This document shows positions 54,162 to 64,000 of a stretch of DNA of 64,000 nt, one piece after another. The notes under the pieces are model-generated. The model saw only the letters and a program-made list of their open reading frames with translations, was not told the DNA's origin and made no database searches. Within the stretch, counting starts at the first letter, position 1; each line of letters opens with the position of its first letter. A program made the position numbers and the translations under genes. The stretch spans positions 13,144,001-13,208,000 of the forward strand of contig NC_043013.1 of NCBI RefSeq assembly GCF_006345805.1, in the 5' to 3' direction. The DNA comes from Octopus sinensis. Lineage: Eukaryota.

Positions 54162-54487
54162 TCTTTTACTTGTTTCAGTCATTTGACTGTGGTCATGCTG
54201 GAGCACCACCTTTAGTGGAGCAAATCAATCGCAGGACTTATTTTTTGTAAGCCTAGTACTTATTCTATCGGTTGCTTTTTGCCGAACCGCTAAGTTATGG
54301 AGACATAAACACACAAGCATCGGATGTCAAGTTATGTTGTGGGGGACAAACACAGACATACACACACACTCACATATATATACGATGGGCTTCATTCAGT
54401 TTCTGTCTACCAAATCCACTCACAAGGCTTTGGTCGGCCTGAGGCTATAGTAGAAGACACTTGCCCAAGGTGCCACGCTGTGGGACT
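54162..54487 (-). mobile_element. tRNA-headed SINE, 5'-truncated at (TA)n
   Basis: Same family as 46942-47332. Confidence 0.85.
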
Positions 54488-54869
54488 ATATATATATATA
54501 TATATATATATAGCTGAAATTTATAGAAAAATAAAGACGATGACAGGTGTATGAAAAACAAGCAAGTGTATTAATTTGAAGAACGGGAAAAATAAAAAGT
54601 CTTTTACGTTTCAAGCCTACGCCCTTCAACAGAAGAGAATAAAAGAAATTAAACAGAGAGAGAATGAAAAGAGCTTGTAGAATTCAGCAAATCAACATGG
54701 ACCAGGTGTATATCCTGGGTGTATCAACAAAATTGTCCAAACTTTGGTTTCAAACATTTGATTCATAGAAATGACATTTTCATAAATAATTAACCATAGC
54801 TCAGTATTCAAAGCTCATAGATGATTCGAGTAAAGATCGAATAGAAACTTCAAGATTTATTTTGAGGTG

Positions 54870-55900
54870 CCAAAGATATGCCTAGCTGAAATCCTACCTG
54901 TTCGGCATCAAGATTTGCTCCTCTTTTGGCGATGACTTCCTCAACACTCTACCGAACTGCACTATAAGCTCTCTTAATGAATTCCTTAGCAATGCTCTCC
55001 TCCCATGGATGTTTTGCAGGTGTGCAGTTACTGTGAATCTTTACACAAACTTTTTCTTATCAGTTCATCCCAGATGCTGACGTCTAGATGGTTCAAATCC
55101 TTAAATCTGTTCTCAAGCTCATCCCTGAGGAACTTTCCAGCCACTGTACTTGATAGACAAGGACATGTAAACTTGAAATCCTTAGCGATCTTGTTGGGGT
55201 TTCCCTCTTGATTTGTCTCAGGATATTAAGAAAGAATCCAGGTTTTTACATCTTTCAAAATCTGAACATAACAAACTCCTGTCAGTCTTCTCAAACATGA
55301 TCAGTTGCATTTTCATGCCATCAGAGGCCGCATGGGCGAAAAGCATCATCTTAGTAGCGTTTTGCACCAAAAAATGACACTTTTGGCTCTCTCTCCTGAG
55401 GAGCTGAAGCCAAAACGTGGTTGTTGCTTGTTTGTATGCTTATCTTGGGTGAAAATCTCATTTGAGCAAAGCTCAATCTAGGGTTGTGTTTCCCTTTGTT
55501 CAACATGATCTTCACTCTCTCCAACCTTCTAACCTTTTGTCCCAGAGTAACAAGGTACCTCACAGGTCTCAGTACTACTTCCTTTTCAAGTCTTTTATCA
55601 CCACTCTTGGAAATTTCGTAGCCGAAAATCCACTCTTATGTGCCAAATGTCTTATGGATTGAGATGGATCTCTTCTGACCGATCTCTTCAGGTCCAGATT
55701 AAAATGATGATCTCTTTTGTAGTTATGACATCCTGATCCAGTTCTCCTCCTCCTCTATACCCACATTTTCAAACTTATTCACAATTCTTTTGTTGGTTCT
55801 TAAATGGATTTTGAAGATGGAAGCCAGAGAATGAATATTGGTACCATTACTGAAGGCCTGGATGATCTTAGTCCTCTCAACATTTCTCATTTTGGAAGAT
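54870..55900 (-). mobile_element. Degenerate Tc1/mariner-superfamily transposase
   Basis: QQD.. and DLNHLDVSIWDEL (SPDLNP.D..W-like) motifs; many stops. Confidence 0.6.
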
Positions 55901-56595
55901 ATACTGAGGCTGGCACAAAACTATTTCAGCCTGTTCTCTTTCTTTGCAAAATATCTCAGGGAGTAATTGAATGATTCTTACAGAAACTGGTGTCAGTATG
56001 ACCAGTCGTTTCATCTGGAAAACATAGTAAATTGCAAATTGGTTAGTTTATTGGTTTTCTAAAGTTTTAAGGATTTGTGTGCGTAACGATTGTATATGTA
56101 TATATATATATATATATCAAATAAACTAGCTAGTTAAGAAAATCTCTATCAGAGATAAAGCGGTATTTATACTGGGAGTTTACCACCACCTAAATACAGG
56201 TGTTCTCTTGGAACCGACGATACTGCTAGTTTAGCTCCAGCTTGTTATTCAATGCACTCTGCACTTGATGTATATTGCAAGAGTGGAGATAGCTCCCTAC
56301 TATTTTAGCCCCGAGATTACTAGGCCGTATGGTTTGGACCTCCTTATGGTTATCCTTGGTGATGTATACTCATCTGCGAGACATAGCAGTAGTTCTCCCC
56401 TTCTCACAATATATAGAAAATTTACTGCTCAGTGTAAAATCTGCTTTCATTTCTTATATGCATTTTCTTAACTTGCTAGTATGCTTCTTGCAAAATCAGA
56501 TACTGCATGTCACACCTTTTAAACACCCCTGTTTCAGATGGTGATAAACATTACATAAACATTACTTCTCCCTCTTTCTTTCTCTCTCTTTCTTT

Positions 56596-56645
<50 letters not shown>

Positions 56646-57374
56646 GTCACTCTGTATATATCTACACACACACACATATATAATTGAAGAAATTGAAGTC
56701 ATGAAAAGGGAGTACTGTTGGACATTTGTTTGTTATTCACTACATAGTTCTCCAAGGATACAAGTATTTAATTATGCAACTGTTTGCTTGCATAAAGAGA
56801 TCTAGTTGTGTTTCCTCAGGCGGTATACAAGTATTATCTCCGTTAGTTTAAAATCTTCTACTTCAAGGCCATTCTTTCTCTTTGTAGTAGTTTGAATTTG
56901 GTTGTGGCTGAGAACCTCATGGTGTGAACTCTGATATCATGTTTGTCCGACTACTATTAAGGGTAGTGTGTGACACAGGCTAAACCTTCAGTGGTATTGA
57001 CTTCTGTTTGGCTGTATTTCCTATTTGTTCTGCATGGTTGGCTGCACATGTGAATTTACCACTATGACCTTTAGTAGTCATTGGTCAGATACATACACAC
57101 ATACACATAGAGAGAATCACACATACATTCACACACACAAATCTACTTATATATTCCCATATATAAACTCACTGAGTAGATGATGAAAGGCTGAGACTTC
57201 TCACGATTTGCTAGGCTTGAAAAAAACATGTCAAGCAAAGTAAAATCGTGGTCATCCATACATACAGGCATGTCCTGTACGACCATGACTGTCCCTTCAC
57301 ATTCTTATGCCACATATACTCTATCCCCTCTGTGCTACTTATACACTTCCCTGCCACTGTTCCATATAGGTAAA

Positions 57375-57447
<73 letters not shown>

Positions 57448-57493
57448 TATTTTTCTCTCTCTCTATTTCTCACACTCACACACTTACTATCTT

Positions 57494-57534
<41 letters not shown>

Positions 57535-59594
57535 TCACTACCCTTTCTTGTCATATTGGGTTACCAAGTATGTCCTCTGTGGTAAGACTGCTATCCCTGT
57601 CCTTCTATCATAATCCAACTTCTCCCTCTCTAAGCTGAGATATTCTTGTTTTGCAAATTATTTGGAAACCCCATAGATGCTGGTGCCACATAAAAAGCAT
57701 TCGTGCTAGCTCTACCTCAAAATCATTAATGTCTGCATCACATAACAGGCACCCATGCCAGTGTCACATAAAAATGCATCTGTACCAGCCCCATGTAAGG
57801 GAGCATCGATGCTACCACCATGTAAAAAAAGCCACGTATTTTGGTCTCTTTATTATAGGATTAAAAATACGTATTAAGAGTCAAAAAAGATGTTTGATAT
57901 GTTCCCTCCAAAAATTATCATTTAAAGAACTTGAAGGTCTCTAATGACCATGTAAATTCCAGGAACAAGGTTTCTTCTTTACATCTGCATTTCAAAAAAT
58001 GCATCTCAGCAGAAATTAAAGATAGACCACTGGACACATCATAAACCATTCCAATTTGATCTGTGCAATTGTTATATGAATAATGTTTGTTGTAACATTG
58101 GTTATCTCCCCTGTGCTTTCCTCTCTGCATTCTTTCTTTCTGCCTTTTTCTAAATGAGCGTTCGTATTCAATTGTCAACTGCTTTGAATGCAACTGAATA
58201 AGTGTCTTGTTATTACCAGCTTGAAAAGTGTTGAAATAAATTAATATTTCAACCAGGAAACCCTGATTAGTTTTATTCCATAAGAGTTGGGGTTTTATTA
58301 TACTAATAATTTCTTTACTTTCTTAGCTGATTGAGTGCTGTATGAATTGTTGAAGCCTTACTATAATATATATATATATATATGCACATGCACACACACA
58401 CAAACATATAATAATATAGTAATATAATCCTTTTACTTCTATCTTCCCTGCTGGCATGGGTTGGATGATCCAATATATGAATTCAGATGAATATTGTACT
58501 TATGTTGAGGCACCAGAACTTAGTACGGTATTATCCATACAATTTCAAAATAAGGTGATTAAAATCAAAATAAGCAACAAGGATATCCACAGGTAATGCA
58601 GTACGATCGTATAAAACAACCAAGATGATAAGTACTATTAAACATCATCATTATCATTTAAACATCTATTTTTCTGTGGTGACACATTGTTGCATAGGTC
58701 AATTCTATTGTATATCACAAATCCTGTTGACCCTGCATAATTTTATTTGTTAAACCCTGCATTCTCATGTCACAGTTCACCATTTCTTCCAGTACCTCAT
58801 AATTAGTTATACTCTTCTCTATATACCTCCATTTTCTCAGCCAAACCTCTCAATGTATAAAATGCATCAAAGACAAAGTGGGGTTAACATACAATGACTT
58901 TGTTGGCTTTGAATGAGCCATATTTCTTTAAGCTATATTCTATTATGAATATGTTATATGGAATCACCTTATGCGGGTTATTCAGAAATCTTATGGAATT
59001 ATTAGATCCAGTTCCAAATATTAGCAGCCTGATAGAAAGAAAGTTGAGAATATTAGTTTTAAAAGGTCTAGCAAGACTGGAGTTGCAACTTATTTTCATG
59101 GGAGCTACAAAATATTCAATAACAGGATCATTCAACTGTTTTCTATACTCATTTTCCATTCTTTTTAGCCATTTTTTAAAAGTATATGAGAGATACTGTA
59201 TACATTTCATAATCTGACATAGCTTACAAGTTTTAAACAGTTATTTAAATTGATTGAAATTCTGTTTTCATCATATTTAAATTGGTTGAAATTCTGTTTC
59301 AACCCAGATGATTTCATTCATTCATTCATATTCCATCCATTCATATTCCAGTGTACCATACTAAAAACTATAAATAAGATTAAAAGAAATCATGTGTCTT
59401 TGTTAATATGGATTGGATTATCACCACCAGATAATCATGTCTCCATTCTTGTTTTTCACTACTAGTATTCACTTATGTCTTCAAGGTATAATTTGTTGTA
59501 AAATTTGAGACTCCATGTTATAGAATTAATGTTAAACGGAACTCCATCATTCCTTCAAACATTCAAATTACATCTTTTTTTTTATTTATTTCAG

Positions 59595-59632
59595 GATATA
59601 AAGAAATGGATGCAGAAAAACATAAAATTGAG
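59595..59632 (+). CDS. TRPM: TRPM N-terminal exon, module 2
   Basis: tttatttcag|DIKKWMQKNIKL-AG|gtaata; resembles TRPM xxWIxxNxxKREC start; phase 0 to 2 joins 62256. Confidence 0.65.
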
Positions 59633-59869
59633 GTAATACAAAAAATACGTCCCTGGTTTTCAGTTGTGGTATATAGTGAGTTGAAAAACTTTGATCAGCT
59701 GAAATCATCCCAGTACTTAGTAGACAACTTCTTCTAAAGATGTCAATAAGGGAGATAACTCTTAAGCTTACGTGTTGATTTTCATATGTCTCTTTTTATA
59801 TGCTTGAGAGATACTAATAATGGGAGGCCATTGTTAGCCAAGATACTGGTAGAGTATCTTGTGTCTCCC

Positions 59870-60494
59870 ATTATAAATTTAAATCCAGTCAAAGTATCAA
59901 GTTGAAGACAAAGTGAGATAACAAATCTGAATAACATTTATTTACAGGCTCGAAGTTTGGCTCTCATTAACCATCACTAGCGCAGTATATCGTCTGCCAT
60001 GTTGTATGTGTGAGATAGTGGGTTGCTGCTAGTGAGACGAGCTGATTCTAGCATGAGAGGCGTGTGGGATCAGAGAATGAACATGCTCAAGAGCTGTCTT
60101 ATATAGGTGTCCTTCAGGAAAGGCTTACTGTCTCATTGTGTATGCCCACCGGAGGTTTGTGAGATCTCGCTTTGGTCTTGAGCAGCTAACGGCTGCCAGT
60201 GAGAGCTCAATATGGTGTGTCTGTCACTCAATATTACAAAAATCGATTCCAGGTGAGAATGTGATCGATAAAGCCATGGGAACGTGCATTTGTATGCGCA
60301 AGTACATCAGCTGTTGCGATCAATACTACATGCATGCGAGAAAAATGCATGTGCAGTTTGTGCAAAAAAAAACGGCTGGCTTGAAATAATGCCACAAAAT
60401 GGGATGGTCGGACAAGTTGTTTTGAGAAAATTTGGTTTAAATGTTTCACGACTCAGCACCATCCATTGAACGGAGGGTCAGGGCGTTTTGCTCA
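59870..60494 (-). mobile_element. Possible solo LTR
   Basis: Minus strand has a TG start near 60494, TATAAGA near 60100 and AATAAA near 59940; boundaries unsure. Confidence 0.35.
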
Positions 60495-60676
60495 TGTATA
60501 TATATATATATATGTATATTGGCAGGGCTGGCCTGCTAGGTAGCCGGCCAGAATGCTAGAAATAGATCATAAACGATCAAACTACAAGGGAAATTCTCTA
60601 GAGGAAGAATTCAGCGAACACCAGAACCAAATTTGGCGGGCAGGACATATGAAAAATTAAATAAAAAACAGACTTA

Positions 60677-60752
60677 AATGCATACCTCGGTTTCGGTCTT
60701 AACAAAAGAATTACTTGCATAATTCAAGTGTCCGTGACTTCTTCAGTACATT
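60677..60752 (-). ncRNA. Hammerhead ribozyme-like motif, left arm
   Basis: aatgta-CTGAAGA-agtc..gacc-GAAAC-cgag-GTA-tgcatt. Confidence 0.55.
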
Positions 60753-60992
60753 CGGTCCTCGAGATGCAAACTGCAAGACTAACCCCAGCTCTCTGTGTCA
60801 AGACAGACACGTGCTTAGTCTTACTGATTACATCGGGAATAAAATTTCAAATGTCTTGGTTCCGGCGCGCTAAGAGACTCCTGAAGCGAAGGGCTGCAGT
60901 GAATAATTCACTGCGGGTAAAGCTTACTGCTAGGGAACGTATTTATTTAAATATTTAAAAATTGAGGGAGATAAATTAATTCTCGAGGACCG

Positions 60993-61068
60993 AATGTACT
61001 GAAGAAGTCACGGACACTTGAATTATGCAAGTAATTCTTTTGTTAAGACCGAAACCGAGGTATGCGTT
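60993..61068 (+). ncRNA. Hammerhead ribozyme-like motif, right arm
   Basis: aatgta-CTGAAGA-agtc..gacc-GAAAC-cgag-GTA-tgcgtt; A10.1-C11.1 mismatch. Confidence 0.55.
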
Positions 61069-61327
61069 TAAGTCTGTTTTTTATTTAATTTTTCATATCT
61101 CCTGCCCGCCAAATTTGGTTCTGGTGTTCGCTGAATTCTTCCTCTAGAGAATTTCCCTTGTAGTTTGATCGTTTATGATCTATTTCTAGCATTCTGGCCG
61201 GCTACCTAGCAGGCCAGCCCTGCCAATATACACATATATTTGAATTTTCTCTGACTCCTCAGATTTTTTGAATGCTGGACTACTGGTTTTAAATTGATAT
61301 TAAAATTAATATTAATTATCTCCCTCA

Positions 61328-61377
<50 letters not shown>

Positions 61378-61601
61378 TTAATCATATCGAAGGGAAATGG
61401 AAATTGATAGAAATTTTCACTTCCAGCGGTTTAGCGTGTAAAAATTTAGTCCAAAGACTATGTACTACTCATAAAATATAGTGTACATTTAAACACATAA
61501 GAAATCCACCCGTGGGATTCAACACACTAGAAAGAACAGCTAGGTTCCATAACCACAAAATTAGGGATAAAATTCGACTGGAACAAAATGAAAAAATAAA
61601 A

Positions 61602-61767
61602 ACTTTTACCATCTAGTTTCCTGGACCAATTGGTTTCTGATTTGCCTCATGTTTCATATATTTAATCTAAGGTGTACCTGTTGAAGAAGATTTCACCTAG
61701 CGAATATTATTTATTTGCTAAACTAAAATCAGAAACCAACCAGACCAGGAAACTAGATGGTAAAAGT
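61602..61767. repeat. 42 bp inverted repeat with a decayed hammerhead motif
   Basis: 61602-61643 versus 61726-61767; plus strand cctg-TTGAAGA-agattt..aaatca-GAAAC-caacca-GAC-cagg; other arm GAAAC-caattg-GTC-cagg. Confidence 0.7.
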
Positions 61768-62255
61768 GTGTGTATCAATGATATCCAGGTAGGGTTACAA
61801 GTGACTAACTAGCTCTTAGACGCAGAGGCTATTTTAGTAGTGGTAGAAAAGGCAAAGAGAAGACACAGCACATTGGTGTATATTGGTGACTTCATGCCAG
61901 TCAATTGAGTAACCTTTTTCTGGATGTTGCCTTATGATACCTGTATGTGTAGCAGAAGCACCATCCCAGATGTAGAATCACTATTCGACTGTGTACCCCA
62001 TTTTCTTCATTTACTTCTGACGGTAAAATAACTTCTTGTATTCCTTTCAGTTTATTTAAAATTAATCATTATTTTATTTAACTAAATTAAAAAATGTTTA
62101 CTTCCATGAATGGATTTATGTATCTACATCTGTGGATCTTTGTATCTTTCATTGGAGTTGTTCTTTCTCTCTTGATATTGTTATTTTCCTTTTTCTACCT
62201 TCCCCATCACAACTTTATTTCAGTTGTTCATTTGGTTTCTGTTTATCTTTGATAG

Positions 62256-62340
62256 AAACGCTACAGATAAAGAGCCATCAAAACCCTGTGATGCATTTGG
62301 TGAGGTAAAGTTTCCAGAAGATGGTTGGAATATTGCAAAG
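62256..62340 (+). CDS. TRPM: TRPM N-terminal exon with the PxDAFG motif, module 2
   Basis: tttatctttgatag|(R)NATDKEPSKPCDAFGEVKFPEDGWNIAK|gtaatt; matches TRPM PTDAFG.I.F...KYVR; ends in phase 0, as needed for an exon-A-like FVRV exon. Confidence 0.8.
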
Positions 62341-62739
62341 GTAATTGCTTTTAATGTTTTTCTTTTTAATTTTTATTGCTAACGTTTGTCAGTAGAAATT
62401 TTATTGAATAATTAGTTCATGATTTTGCCAAAGAATTTCAATAACAGCAACAATTTACATGCATTTTTTAAAATATATTTACATACCTTTTCCTTTTCTG
62501 GTACAGTTGGCTCCTATTTTTCCTATTGGTGAGTAATAATGGATAGCAGTACACTTGCACTTAATGATTCTGAAAAGAAAGAAGTGTAAAGGTGACATCG
62601 TTAAAGGTTCATATATGTGGAGATGGCATGAAAGAAAGGTCTTTCAAATATGGACTCAATAGAGGGACTAGTAATTCTAGATGGTAGCAGTATCATAAAT
62701 AAAATACTGAAGAATATAAAAGCAGGAAAAACTCCATGA

Positions 62740-63910
62740 ACCATTAGGAATGACTGCTATAATGTTTAAAATACTTTGCAGTGTGGGTTATGGCTTAGTT
62801 ACTTGTATAGTCAATCAGATTATACAGGAAAGTGGTCTGCCCAGTGACAGGCATTACATTATTACAACCGACTATCACAAGGATAAAGAAGATACTAGAG
62901 AAAGGTAATCACAGAAGTATCAAATAGCTGGACAAAGTTATGGGAACAACTACAGCTCAAATAATTAGAGAAAAAGTTACACTAGACGAGATATAGTTTG
63001 GTTTTTTATTAGGGTCAAGTACTAGAGAAGTTTTGTTCTTTTTTAGTGAAGTAACTGCTGCAGAAGCATTTAGTTAAAAGTAAGCTGCTCTACTGAACAT
63101 TCATTGACCTGCAGAAAACCTTTGACAGAGATCCTTATTCTATGATGGTAGTTACAGAGGGAGATAGCAGAAGACAAATGGCTTGTGATAGCCACACAAA
63201 CCCTGTATAGAATGGCTGTTAGAAATAAATTCCACGCAGTGTCCTCAGTGAAAACTATAGAAACACAGGAGTTGCATAGTATCACAGACAGTTTAATAGA
63301 GAAAGTAAACTTCATATGCAGCTGATGCACATGCAAAAACAATTCTATATGTACATGGGAAATAGATTTTGTGAAATGCCCAGGATGATCCTTAGACAGA
63401 AAAGATAGTTATTATTACATAGCAGTGGAGAATATTGTTCGGAAATTATAACGACTAGAATAAAAATTAGGCTGGAGAAATTTGAAGGAGTTTTACCTTT
63501 TGTTGGTAACAAAACATTTCTCTCATAATGAAAAACTGATGATATGATGATTATGTACGAACGACAATGCTACATAGTAATGAGATGTGGACTCTAAACA
63601 CAGTGGATATGCGAAGATGTATAAAATCTGTGTATATGAACAATAATGTACAAACATATTGAGAAAAATGCGAGCAGAAAAGGAATCGATGTTTTGTTCA
63701 AGAGAGAAAACTGTATGAATATGTTCATGGATGCTTTTGGGTGAGGTTAGCTGTATAACGAAATGCTGGTTACTGAAAATCGAGGGAACTTGTGGAAGAG
63801 GGAGATTGGGGTTGACATGAAATGAAATAGTGAAGGCTGATTTTAGAACTTTAAATTTCACAGAGATGACAAAGAGGACACCTGACCATATGCGGTGTTT
63901 GAGAAGGCCA
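62740..63910 (+). mobile_element. Degenerate RTE LINE fragment
   Basis: IVNQIIQESGLPSD, FIDLQKTFDR, WLVIATQTLY, LKIEGTCGRGR. Confidence 0.7.
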
Positions 63911-64000
63911 CACATCTTGACTAAACAAAGGTTCTAGAATCATAATGTCTATATATACTCTACCACTACCTCACTTAAATTCTTCATAAAACTTTCATCC

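Larger units (their letters stand above)
60513..61232. repeat. Near-perfect 252 bp inverted repeat (2 mismatches) with 216 bp spacer; hammerhead motif in each arm
   Basis: 60513-60764 versus 60981-61232, compared base by base. Confidence 0.95.

Noticed and set aside
54595-54635. Minus-strand CTGTTGAAGGGC..GCTTGAAACG hammerhead-like motif
   Set aside because: The core reads CUGUUGA and there is no GUH cleavage triplet; at best a dead relic
59948-59980. ARSLALINHH* exon resembling QLSLALAWNR
   Set aside because: It falls in LTR-like sequence, and exon 59595 fits TRPM better in the other frame
62224-62255. Upstream phase-0 acceptor adding LFIWFLFIFD
   Set aside because: The stretch is the polypyrimidine tract of the 62256 acceptor, which is in frame with exon 59595

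Overview
AT-rich, repeat-dense animal genomic DNA. The SINE/LINE families and (TA)n load look like an Octopus genome; this is an inference from recalled repeat motifs, not a search. The window holds a + strand TRPM-family gene fragment. Six exons at 4681-21601 have GT/AG sites and compatible phases and splice into about 289 aa of the MHR1/2 (SLOG) domain up to the start of MHR3. No transmembrane or TRP-box exons were recognisable afterwards. Two exons at 59595-59632 and 62256-62340 instead restart a TRPM N-terminus (DIKKWMQKNIKLR...PCDAFGEVKF). This implies either a channel-less SLOG-only paralog followed by another TRPM, or one TRPM with tandem N-terminal modules. The introns are filled with decayed RTE, CR1, Tx1/L1, R4-like, Penelope, Gypsy, mariner/Tc1 and Helitron elements, SINEs and large (TA)n arrays. 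Structure not explained by ORFs includes several sequence-unrelated minimal hammerhead-ribozyme motifs, most inside inverted repeats; a near-intact tRNA-Gln fused to an RTE 3' tail; an RTE insertion with twin-priming geometry; and a head-to-tail Helitron pair. All calls were made by eye. Repeat boundaries are approximate to tens of bp.
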